Source: Nemertoderma westbladi (lineage: Eukaryota; Animalia; Xenacoelomorpha). From it: DNA of 64,000 bases. Location: positions 83,349-147,348 of the forward strand of contig JAUCBJ010004176.1 in NCBI GenBank assembly GCA_032718475.1. Direction: 5' to 3'. Below, piece after piece: positions 46,275-58,400 of this stretch. The notes beneath the pieces are model-generated. The model was not told the origin of the DNA. It saw only the letters and a list, made by a program, of their open reading frames with translations, and did not search any database. The position numbers and the translations under genes are program-made. Position 1 is the first letter of the stretch. The number at the start of each line of letters is the position of its first letter.

Positions 46275-48470
46275 CAACAAGAGTCCCACAAGAAATGAAA
46301 ACAAATAAGTTGGTGCCAGTTCCCAAGAAGGGCAACCTAACACTCTATGGTTCTTTTCGGGGAATCTCATTGATCTCAATTGCTGCAAAGCTATACAATA
46401 GAATTCTATTAAATCGCATCAGAGATCCCATTGAGAGACTGCTCCGTGGAAATCAGAATGGGTTCCGTAAAGGTCGTGGGACCATGGAGCCCATTTTGGC
46501 ACTTAGAAGGATAATTGAAGAGCTATCAAAAAAGAAAGACAGGCATCTGGCTGTTATCTTTGTTGACTTCTTCAAGGCCTTTGATTCAGTCTCTCGCTCA
46601 CGTATGTTCAGCATACTTTCATTATATGGGATTCCTGATGAAATTATTGCAGCAATCAGATCAGTATACGATGGTTCGACAACATTTGTGTCTACTGTTG
46701 ACGGTGATACATAACCATTTGAAGTGTTATGGGGCGTCCTCCAGGGAGACACACTTGCACCATTCTTGTTCATAATTGTTGTTGACTATGTTCTACGCAT
46801 GTCCTTAGATCATCATAATGATGATGGGGTGATGATAACTCCACCTACTGGCTCCAGAAGTCGAGGAAATCCTGCCAAGTACCTAACTGATCTAGACTTT
46901 GCTGATGACTTAGGAGTACTCTCAGAATCATTAGAGGGAGCCCAACGGCTCCTCAGCTCATTAGAACATGCTGCTTCTAGTGTTGGTCTTTTTATTAACT
47001 CCAGAAAGACCAAAATTTTGACAGTTAACTTTGAAAGTCCTCAGCAATTCTGATCGGATGAGCATAAGCTCAAAGGATGGTATGCTTGAGCATGTGGACG
47101 ACTTCTGTTACCTGGGATCATGGATCCGGAAGTCAGGTGAGGACCTTCGAATACGTAAGGGAAAGGCATGGGCAGCCTTGAATAGGCTTTCCAGGATTTG
47201 GAAGTCACCGAGAATTAATCGGAAACTTAGGGGGGGTACACCATTTTGGTCAAAAATATGTCGAATTTATTTTTATGATCTATTATAATGCACGATTAAA
47301 TGGTGTTTCCAAATCAGAAAACCGCTTTTTAATAGGTCTTTTAGTTTTTAAGTTATAACAATTTCCATTTAGGGATTCCTATTGAAATTACTATTACTAT
47401 GTATAATGAAAGGTCGATTATCTCCAAATATTTTTTTTATGAAATTGTCAACTTCAAAACCCTACTACTTCTACAATTTTTGAGCAATTTGTCTGAAACT
47501 TTCTGTGGGTGTCTACATAGCCACCCTGCATAAAAGTATCAGACAACTTTTCGAAATTATTTGTTAATAATATTTAATACTATTCATAACAAACCTAAAA
47601 ATTTAGCCTAAATTTGCAGCGCCACCTAGCGGTGCAGAATTATTTTCACAAAATTTCGCCTGATAGTTATGTTGCCCCATCTTTTATCTATCATATAAAA
47701 AAAACGTGATTCATGTGATTTCATGTGATTAGGTTCAAAACTGTAAAAGCCTTAGGGTTTTAAGCGCAACCAAGTTTTTTTTATTGTTAACTAGAATATA
47801 AACTAATATTAAACAGCGAAAAAAAATTTTTTTCTAACCTACATGTATCATGTAGAATAGCATCTTAGGCACCTATATTCCAAATTATAGCCAAAAACAA
47901 AAAATTTCGAAACGCTGAGAGTGATAATTGTAAGAGTTGTCCGAAAATGGTGTACCCCCCCCCCCCCCCCCCCCCCCTTAAGGTCCGATTATTTAGAGCA
48001 GCAGTAGTTCCAGTACTCCTCTACGGGAGTCCATGCTGGGCTCTAACTGCTGAGGACACCAAATCTCTGGATGGCACATTCACAAGAAGACTACGCCGGG
48101 TTCATTGTGTCAAGTACAATGCACACATCTCCAACCAGACACTATATAACATTGGAGGTGTCTGATTGGTTCCCCCAAGCTTGACACTAGAACAAAATCG
48201 CCTCCGCTTTGCAGGACATTGCTTTCGCCGTGAGGACCAGCCAGTGCATAATCTTGTACTTTGGCAGCCTCATGGAGTGAATAAGCATGGTGGACAGCCC
48301 ATGACTTTCTTGAGACGCATCTTAAAGTACACTGGCCTTGAAGATGCGGATGATCTAGCAAATGTCATGGGTGATAGGGAGTTGTGGCGGTGCAATTTTG
48401 TTGACAAGCCGGCACAGCATTCTTAAAAATGCAGCTGCAATGCAGAATGCCGATCCTAGTAGTAGTAGTA
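46275..48470 (+). mobile_element. 5'-truncated RTE-clade LINE, decayed, with MITE insertion
   Basis: VPVPKKGNL, RGISLISIAAKLYN, QNGFRKGR, FVDFFKAFDS, GVLQGDTLAP, DFADDL, RLRFAGHCFR. In-frame stops at 46712 and 47051; (tag)n tail near 48457. Confidence 0.93.
47230..47977. mobile_element. PIF/Harbinger (Tourist-like) MITE, TTA TSD
   Basis: TIR ggggggtacaccatttt/aaaatggtgtacccccc; tta at 47227-47229 and 47978-47980. Removing it restores the RTE frame KLKVRLFRA. Confidence 0.87.
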
Positions 48471-48647
48471 ATGATATGGGACATTATAAAAAATTTGGGA
48501 AGACTTACTAGGAGGGGGGGGGGGGGGGGGTTGGGGGGTGCTTTTTTGCCGAGTCAGCTCTCGGGGCAAATACCACACCCTGGTTTGCCATTCCACAGGG
48601 TGGGAAGACTTCACCAAGTATAAGAAAAGAAATATTAATAATAAAAA

Positions 48648-49862
48648 GAGTATAAGAAAAAATATTCAATATGTTTCAGTTTCTAGATGCCATGGCTACC
48701 CATCAGAATTGTTTTTTTTTTTCATATCATAGCTGTATTCACCATATACAATATAAGAGCGCATTTTGAAAGATAAGTGAGCTTGACATAGTTAGGCCTA
48801 CGTGTACAGCATATTTAATATATATTTCATTAGTTATAACTTAGGCCCCATAAAAGTCTTAAATAAATGAAATTAAATTGTATCAAGCATCGCAATTACG
48901 ACAGTAATCATTGCACATAACACCGTAGGCCTACAAGAACAAGATCAGTTCGTATGTTAGCCGCTAGGGGGCTACATGTCTTAACATTAAATGTCTTTCC
49001 ATTTCTTTGCTTTTAATCCATTCTAGATGAAACTTGGCAGTTGTACTAGAAAATCAGCTGTATATTTTAAGGGAGGCTAAGTTCTCACGTCTACCGCAAG
49101 AGGGCGAAATGTCTAATAGTGAATTCCTTCTCTCATTTATAATCCTGCAAATAATCGTGAACAGACCGCTACCATTGCCTAACTTGCAAGGAGTGTCCAA
49201 AGTTATCTATATTAGCAAACACACAGCGCTCACTTTAATCCCCCTTTAAACTAATTAGGTATATTCGTCTTATCTCTGGTGCCGGCGTTTCGTATACTAA
49301 ATTTATTGTGTATTTACATCGTTTTATGTAATTAACCTCCTAATTAAATTTACCCCGTCATGGGGTGTATCTATCTAAAAAAAAATTATTTATAATCCAT
49401 TCAAGTTGAAACTTGTGAGATATGCACTAAAACACAGCCAGCGTCTTTGTGGGGATGGTAATCGGTCTGCAGTTCTCCAGTCTGCCGCTAGAGGGCGAGA
49501 TATCTGAAAATGATAAGCTTCCCCGTAGGCCATGCTTCCCCATTTCGTTGACTTTAATCAATTTAAGCTACATTTTGGCTCGGCATATATGTACTAGACC
49601 ACGTGCTGCGACTTTGTGAGGAGGTTGATCGGCCCACAGTTCTCCAGTCTGCCGCTAGAGGAAGCATGTGCCATACATTACATAACATGTCAACCTCTCT
49701 TATTTGTCAATACGTATTGTTTGAAAGAACCTTATAAATTCAAATGCGCACTTTTATATCATTAAAACAGCTAAGTGATTTGAAAAACACTTTGCTAACA
49801 ATTCTGACAAGTTGCCATGGCATCTAGAAACTGAAACATATTGCATATTTTTCCTTATACTC
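48648..49862. mobile_element. Inverted-repeat-bounded element (~60-bp TIR)
   Basis: gagtataag...tttcagtttctagatgccatggc is mirrored by gccatggcatctagaaactgaaa...cttatactc. Confidence 0.65.
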
Positions 49863-50621
49863 GAAATAGTGGTGGTGGAGGTTGACTTAATGACGCTACG
49901 GCTAATATATAGCCCGCTTCTAGCCAAAGTTACCCGTTGCCAAGGTAACTGCAAGCAAGCAAGTAGTGCATATTGTTCCTTAGACTTGATATAACGCTAC
50001 GGCCACTCTAAATGCATTATGCCCGTTTAAAGCCCGTTGCTAAGGATATAGTCAATACTGCTAACATTGAAGGTTGTTTTCGCTTGGTTGCTATGGTATA
50101 CATTTTCAAAAAAACTAAATTTGCCATTAAATTCTTCATATCCAAAATAGCAATCTTCCATAAATTTTAAATCGTCTATCTACTATTCAGTAAGGTTTGT
50201 TGCTATGGCAATTTCCTTCGTTGCTATGTTTAAGACCCTCTAAAAACCAACGCAACCGTTTGGTGAAGTTTAACAAAAATTTTTATAATGTCCCATATCA
50301 GTACTAAACATCTATGTAGGGTAGCTCACTCATATATAGAATTCCTACGGGGCCATAGGCTGGAGCCTGTATTAATAATCGGACGATTTTTGGCAATTTA
50401 AATTTAAATTTCTATGTTTAGGGTTCTGTAAAAAATGTCCCCACGGTGAAATTTTTGAGGGAATTATTCTGAACAACGACTACAGTACTCAACCAACTGC
50501 TTCAGAAAATCCACGATGTTTTAGGTCTGAATTTGTGGACAAAAACCTCAATCTTGGACTGACCTCGATTAACCTACAGAGTGAGCCAGAGATTTAATTA
50601 ACTATACAATAGGCATCACTT

Positions 50622-52130
50622 TTTAACGGTACAGGCTAACCGCACATGTTTAACGGTACATGCTAACCGCACATGTTTAACAGTACATGCTAACCGCACA
50701 TGTTTAACGGTACAGGCTAACCACACATGTTTAATGGTAGGGCCTACAGGCTAACCACACATGTTTAACGGTAGGGCCTACAGGCTAACCACACATGTTT
50801 AACGGTACAGGCTAACCACACATGTTTAACGGTACAGGCTAACCACACATGTTTAACGGTACAGGCTAACCGCACATGTTTAACGGTACAGGCTAACCAC
50901 ACATGTTTAATGGTAGGGCCTACAGGCTAACCACACATGTTTAACGGTAGGGCCTACAGGCTAACCACACATGTTTAACGGTACAGGCTAACCACACATG
51001 TTTAACGGTACACGCTAACCGCACATGTTTAACGGTACAGGCTAACCACACATGTTTAACGGTACAGGCTAACCACACATGTTTAACGGTACATGCTAAC
51101 CACACATGTTTAACGGTACATGCTAACCGCACATGTTTAACGGTACATGCTAACCGCACATGTTTAACGGTACATGCTAACCGCACATGTTTAACGGTAC
51201 AGGCTAACCACACATGTTTAATGGTAGGGCCTACAGGCTAACCACACATGTTTAACGGTAGGGCCTACAGGCTAACCACACATGTTTAACGGTACAGGCT
51301 AACCGCACATGTTTAACGGTACAGGCTAACCACACATGTTTAATGGTAGGGCCTACAGGCTAACCACACATGTTTAACGGTAGGGCCTACAGGCTAACCA
51401 CACATGTTTAACGGTACAGGCTAACCACACATGTTTAACGGTACAGGCTAACCGCACATGTTTAACGGTACAGGCTAACCACACATGTTTAACGGTACAG
51501 GCTAACCGCACATGTTTAACGGTACAGGCTAACCACACATGTTTAACGGTACAGGCTAACCACACATGTTTAACGGTACAGGCTAACCACACATGTTTAA
51601 TGGTACAGGCTAACCACACATGTTTAACGGTACAGGCTAACCACACATGTTTAACGGTACAGGCTAACCGCACATGTTTAACGGTACAGGCTAACCACAC
51701 ATGTTTAACGGTACAGGCTAACCACACATGTTTAACGGTACAGGCTAACCACACATGTTTAATGGTACAGGCTAACCACACATGTTTAACGGTACAGGCT
51801 AACCGCACATGTTTAACGGTACAGGCTAACCACACATGTTTAACGGTACATGCTAACCGCACATGTTTAACGGTACAGGCTAATCACACATGTTTAACGG
51901 TACAGGCTAACCACACATGTTTAACGGTACAGGCTAACCACACATGTTTAATGGTACAGGCTAACCACACATGTTTAACGGTACAGGCTAACCACATATG
52001 TTTAACGGTAGAGCCTACAGGCTAACCACACATGTTTAACGGTACAGGCTAACCACACATTAATGGTACAGGCTACCCACACCTGTTTAACGGTACAGCC
52101 TAACCACACATGTTGCTAACCACACATGTT
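50622..52130. repeat. 27-bp minisatellite (34-bp variants) in ENaC intron
   Basis: Unit acatgtttaacggtacaggctaaccac, more than 50 copies. Confidence 0.97.
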
Positions 52131-52161
52131 TTTAATTGTAAAAAATTGATATATGGCTTAC

Positions 52162-52353
52162 ATTTCAACCCAATAAATGCAGATGATTGTTGGGGAACTA
52201 GGACACTGTTATGTGTGTAGCCAATGAGATCCGGTATGTCATTAGGGCTATGAATCAGAACTCTTATCATTGGTCCAAATATACTCAGCTGGTAATCGTT
52301 GAGAAATTCATCAGCTTCCAAGTTTAAAAGCAACATAAGTCCGTTTACGAATC
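52162..52353 (-). CDS. DEG/ENaC exon (palm domain)
   Basis: ctacag|GFVNGLMLLLNLEADEF...IRVLIHSPNDIP...FIGLK|gtaagc; phase 1/1. Confidence 0.9.
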
Positions 52354-52981
52354 CTGTAGCAATGAAAAAAAATAAGTCGTAGAAATCTCGCTGCACTTAT
52401 TATTTTGGATAGCAATGTGATTTTGGTGATGTTATCGGACATATCCAATGGTTGAGGATACATACTTCTAGTAATATTCTTAATAATGTTCTGATTTGTC
52501 ATCCAACCTCCTTCAAACATTTAAAAAGCTATTTATTGGATAGGTGGAGTTTGTGACAACACCTAAATGAATATTCGTTTAAAATTTTAAATGTAGACCC
52601 CCTTTACTTATATTTACGGCTACTACTGTGTATCCTTAGATTTCATTAAATTATTTCGGTCCACTTTGGAAAAATTACAATTGTCGAAAAAGTAACTTCC
52701 TATGATATCAACGTATGCAATTCTTCGCGATGTCGCTTTATACCTCAGCGATAGAGAACGGCCCCGCCATATCTCATCGTCCTTCTGGAATTTAGCCAGA
52801 ACCCGCGCTGCAGCTAGTATCACAGATTCACAGCATCAATTATCACTTCAGTATCACCTTTACTACATCCAGTTCAAACCATTCCCCACGTCCAATATCT
52901 CCTAATTTCCGTTCCAGAACTTTTCAATAACTTGTACCAGGCCAAGTAGTAGTCGTGATAGGATAGCTCATGCTGACCTAC

Positions 52982-53204
52982 CTGGTGATTGCACAATTTT
53001 TCCTGGAAGAGTGTAGCACTTCCCCTGCAAAGTAACCTCTTCTTTGAAATCGCTTGGGTAACATTTGACGTTATTCATGGAGCAATCAATTAATGTTTCG
53101 TTGTTTAACTGATGCCCACCATTGTTTAGGAGCTCAGCTAGTGTGTAGTTGGTCAAAGCGTCATTATTTACTAATCCATCGTCTCCCATTGCTTCTGCTA
53201 TTTG
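52982..53204 (-). CDS. DEG/ENaC exon
   Basis: tcacag|QIAEAMG...GGHQLNNETLIDCSMNNVKC...FKEEVTLQGKCYTL...SPG|gtagg. Further 5' exons were not located. Confidence 0.85.
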
Positions 53205-53244
53205 CTGTGAGAAAAATTAATTAGTTTATATTTGATTTTGACCA

Positions 53245-53365
53245 GTACCCTGGATGGATTCGTATGTCCTGTTGACGATTTCTGCTATCTTGGGTCATAG
53301 CTATAAGCAGTTAAGGAGATAACCTCAGCATTCGCAAAGCGAAAATAAGGTCTGCCAGTGCCATC
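53245..53365 (+). mobile_element. Short decayed RTE LINE fragment
   Basis: VDDFCYLGS* ... IRKAK, similar to the RTE at 47095. Confidence 0.5.
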
Positions 53366-53643
53366 AATAAATAAATATAATATTATATAATATATAATAA
53401 AATAATAATATATAATATTATATTATATTAATTAATTAAAATTAATAATAAGAATTAATATTATATATAATATAATATATAATAAAGTAATATACAATTT
53501 TGTACTTTCCTCCTGTTTCACTCTAACATACTTGAGGACGGTAGGTCCGCTGTTAGAGATAGGATATGCAACTTAAGACAGCCTGTTCAATAGAAGTGGA
53601 TTGGGTGGGAGAGTGAATGTCAGGGGCAAGTGGCTGAACTGGT

Positions 53644-53694
53644 TAGCGCTACTGATGAGGCCTGATAGGCTGAAACCAGCGCTGTATAGCGCTG
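53644..53694 (+). ncRNA. Type I minimal hammerhead ribozyme (in Penelope-like pseudo-LTR fragment ~53510-53760)
   Basis: Stem I tagcgcta/tagcgctg, core CTGATGA, stem II ggcct-gat-aggct, GAAA, short palindromic stem III c-cagcgct-g, cleavage triplet GTA ending at 53686. Confidence 0.85.
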
Positions 53695-54097
53695 GTTCAA
53701 CCCCCGGTGACGCGCTTTCTTATTTTTTCCATTTCTGTACAAAACCAAAATATTACATCTTTAATTACAAGTTGCATTAACAGCTCAACTCCAATTCATT
53801 TATAAATAGGCATCGACGAAAGTCGAGAGTAAACAACATCAAACTCAACCCACTACAAGTATATATTATAACGATACTGAATTTTATGAGCGGTAACTAC
53901 TGAGCCACTACAGGGCATCAGGGCATTTAAATCGTCTGTAAAATATTGGGATATTCCTGGAATATAATGGAATATTCCTCTTCATTTTCAATTTTTTACA
54001 AGCTATTTTATGCAGATTTTGACATATATTAATGCTTTTACCCCCCCAGAATTTCCACCCCCCCCCCCCCCCCCCCCCGACCATTCCTGTTACCCCC

Positions 54098-54420
54098 CCC
54101 CCCCCCCCCATATTGGATATTATTTGCAGGACATAAGCGCTAGTGATATATATATTTTTACATACGATATAACAACAAAGGTTATTGTTTTGGTTAGAAA
54201 AAGCCATCTCTGTAACCTGCTCCTTTGCCTCAATTGGTAAAAACATCGTAAATTGTTTTGGTTAGAAAAAGCCTTCTCTGTAACCGGCAAGTTGAAGGTT
54301 ACAGAGGCGGGTTTTTCTAACCAAAACAATTCACGATGTTGTTACCAATAGAGGGAAAGGAGCAGGTTACAGAGATGCGCTTATATCCTGCAAATAATAT
54401 CCAATATGGGGGGGGGGGGG
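54098..54420. mobile_element. Palindromic MITE-like repeat; related copy at 9273-9392
   Basis: polyC-atattggatattatttgcagga is mirrored by tcctgcaaataatatccaatat-polyG. The inner gttttggttagaaaaa repeats are also inverted. Confidence 0.7.
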
Positions 54421-55499
54421 GCATGTTTGGGAATTAGAAGTCCCAAAAATGTTTATAGTGAAGTGTATTAGTTTTAACATTGAGTTACTATAATGATTTA
54501 ACTATAGTTACTTATTTCGCCTTGCGCGGTATAATTTCCTTTAAATCAGAATAATTAGAACTAACGTTGTTCCTATTGGTTTCCCTTCCAACCAATTAGA
54601 TGACTTTAACAGGCTTCAGTGGAAACTATAATAACGCCTTTAGTCCAATGCATCTCTGTCTTGTTACTTGACTATGAATTTAGTAGGTGGCATTTCCGCT
54701 GAGTATTGTAAATTATAGAGACCTGAATTATTACCGGTACGGTCTGTACGGTATGGTACAGTCTACGGATTAGTGTTAATTTGCATTAATTATTTGTTTG
54801 TTATTATTCAAATGTATCAATAACATTGAACATCAAAGATCGCAAACTAAACTGGTTGTTATTCTCAATGATAATACGAGCAGACTGGTGAGTTAGTCAT
54901 ATACCAATAATTGTTAGTTGTCTCAATCCAACTCATTGGTTTGTATGACACCCTATCAGCCTATTATTGTGCTATAACTACCTCACCTACGCAATAACAC
55001 TTATTCCAATGACAGTTGGTAAAATAAAGTTTTATTAGTCCGTAGTCAGACATGACCGCGTTATTTTCATAATTCAGTTCAAATTCACATTTTCATTGTT
55101 GGATATAATTCACAGTAAATCATAAATACAGAGATATTGCCTTTTCCCACAACTTGAAAGGAACAGTTTATACTTACGAAACACATTTGTTGTAATCAAG
55201 TCAGTGATATTGCCCGATAAATTGCATCCACACAGCCGAGATACGTATAGTCCTTAATAGGTAAGGTACCCTGCTGCACGTGCTATATGTATCTCTACAA
55301 TACATGATTCAGCGTTAAAGTGTTATCTATAAATTGAAAGCACGACCATTGTGATTGTTTGACCCTTTTAAAATTACAAATTACCGAATCAAATGCAGCA
55401 ACAGTAATAATTCCCTCTTTGGATGCACAAAACAGTTGACTTAAGTGGATTATTTGGCCAATTTTCTACTTTAAGTCTGCTGTCTTATGACTTATTACA

Positions 55500-58400
55500 A
55501 CAACTCTGTCCGTTAGTATAGAACTGAAAGTTGTACATGTGTGTTTATCGCATGCGTTGCGGTATAGTAAACGACTATTGTTTTATTTTGGATTTCTTTA
55601 ACTTGAAGTTACGATTATAAATAAAGGGCAGTGGTGCCCCAACATTGAAGGGCCTATAGACTCCCTCGCGTAAAAATATTGTGCCGCGCGGAAATTGTAA
55701 GACGCGTTGCTGAGGGCCACCGCTGGAACATCTATTTATATGATTTATTTCAGGGTTTAACTTACATAATATTTGAACTGTAATATACTTATCGTTTCGT
55801 ACTGTCTTTAGGCATAGTATTAGGAACTGTGATTCTTTGTATTGACTGTGGTGAATTTTATTTGTACAATAGGTTCCCTATTTCACCCCTGCTTTATTAC
55901 TTAGGAGTAAGTATTTCAGAAAGACTGAACACATCGGTGCCTCCGACTGGAAAATATCTGGACACTAAGTCGTAGCGTTCTGCGGATCTGTAAGACTACG
56001 TTTGTCGTTGTTCTCCAGACGCCAGTGTAGACGGAAATTCTGCAATAAGTACAAGTCTGTAATTTAGTTTTCTTAATATACATTCTGTATTGCGGTTGAG
56101 GGACTGCTTTACAGAGTTTATTTCCTGGCGACTTAATTTTGTAATTAGATTTTTTATTTGCTGTAACTGGTCATCCTGGGGTTGCCAAACAAGAAATGCT
56201 GGCGCCTGTTGGCCTCTGAATTAATAGTTATTTCGAGTAAATCGGGCGCGAAAGTAAAGTAAGACGGACCGTTAGGATAATTATTTATTTCAGACATTGA
56301 GTAAAAACGAAAATTGCATCATTATTCCTTGCCTAAAATCCCGTTCTATTCCCAGACAGTCTGTATTCTTAATTACAGGCTATAAATTTCTTGTAAACAT
56401 CCCTCAGAAGTCAGAACATTGTTTTATTTAGGTATTTGATTGATAAGCCCTACCATAATCTATGTACTTACTTTATTTAGTCTAGAAAGGAACTACTCAG
56501 CTCTAAAATCAACATCATTACTTTGATTAATTAAATTATCAAGGTAGCGGACAGTTCGGCTTTCAGAATACTGATTGTCGCACTCTCTAGGTGAATAAAC
56601 GGCGGCCTCTGTAAATTAACTTGCAGAAAGCCACACATTTACTTAAGGGAAGTTAATTATTATTATTTTAGGAGTAAGGTAAGCATTCCCTTAATTGTAA
56701 TTAATAATCAATAGATCCCAAACCGAGCATAACACCCTTGGTATTTAGTCACCTTCATCCATCCATTGAGCAGGCAAATTCAATTCCTGACTTGCCCAAT
56801 TAATTGATTGTGTTACCGACCAGCTTCAACTTAAGCAATATTGGTAGTATACTACTACATAGATTGCATTGTCCGTAAGATAGTAAGTATCCTTTGTTTC
56901 CCTTTCACGGCAGCACATTCCACCCCTGTCTGCTTGTAGTATAGCGACTAGCAACCTAAGCAATACGTCTAGCCTCACTAAGTAAGTGTGTATGTGCTAA
57001 GCCGAACCAGTTAGTTGCAACTCCCTCTGGTAACTTAGCAACGGTTTGCAGTTATACCTTGCTTGAAACCTTCCTTGTTTGTTTTAAAGGGAAGAAGCCT
57101 TTTCCAGTGGTGTTACGCTTATTGATTTATTGCAGTAGTGGTTTATTGGTCCGCAGCGCCGCGTAGTGGGAGTAATAGGAATATTATTTGGAAAAAAATA
57201 TTACTTACTCAAATGTAGTAATATCACGTATAGAATTGTTAACAAAATTATTTGACATCCACACATACAATCGAAATTATTTGCAGCTGAATAAACGAAT
57301 TTAAATATTTCTTTCGTTTACAGATTGTTGTGAGTGGATAATTAAATGTTCCAGTTGCTTATTTCACTTACAGGTTATTGCTGAAATTAATTTATGTTAT
57401 TCCCTTGTCTTTTAGGTATTTCAATATTTCCACAAACATAAAGTTGTTTACAAGTGGATAATTGTCTGTACATACTTGACATCAGTTGTAGAGTCTTTAA
57501 AATTTAATTACTTAAACTTACTTGGGTAATTTACCATAAAGCACAACAAGTGAAATTGGGTTAAAATATTTTTATAATAATAAATATATTGTGATACAAA
57601 TTCGTAAACAACTCTAAGATATTAAACGCTAGTGTTAAAAGTATTTTAAGATGTCTGAGAGAAATATAAATAAATTTGACACTACTATTGCATCAGCCCC
57701 AAGCAATAAGTCAAGTTCTGAGACTGATGACAGTTAAACCCCTGTTGCAAAAACACCGCCTCCCAGTGTCACTGAGCTGACAAATAGACCTACCCGGGTT
57801 CGTGCTCGTGACATAGTAGTGACTGATAAGGCTTTATTGGGTCATCATCGTTCAATAATCGGTACCCGGGCACAAAAAAAGCGAGAGCAACTAGCTAAGC
57901 AAAAAACCAGTGATAAACTGGACCAACCAGCTAAGTCAACTAAGCTTGATGGTGACTTAGCCAGATGGAAAGCGGTCACTGAAGCTGGAGTTTCAAGGGC
58001 TTCCATGGGCCACAATCCAGACAGTGATTCCAGTGTATCCCAGAGCAGCACTATCAGCTCAGAAATTTCAGATGTAAGCATATCTGATCATTTGAATGTA
58101 ACTGTTAAGGCAGATGTGGGACCTGGGAGGCATCACAAGAGCTTCGATCATGAGGTAGATGATATACCCATTTCTGAGACCCCACCTCCCTTGTTTCAAG
58201 ACACACCACCTAGATGTATAAATCAAATTGAGTTGAGGAATCAACAACTGAATTCAACATTCCATGACCCATTACTAAAACCAAGTGCTGGACAATTAAT
58301 TTGCCTTTTCACGGCAATTAAATTGTATAGGTCCTCAGCTAGGAAGGTTTCAACTACTACTAACTATGCAGGCCTATCACTACATGACCTGCAGGATGCT

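Noticed and set aside
37272-52025. Repeated short ORFs in the 65-, 43- and 27-bp arrays
   Set aside because: Satellite translations with no unique coding context.
54665-55255. Possible upstream ENaC exons on - (donor-like gtaagt at 55176, acceptor-like ttcag at 54723)
   Set aside because: No recognisable ENaC motif, and the phases could not be joined consistently to the 53204 exon.
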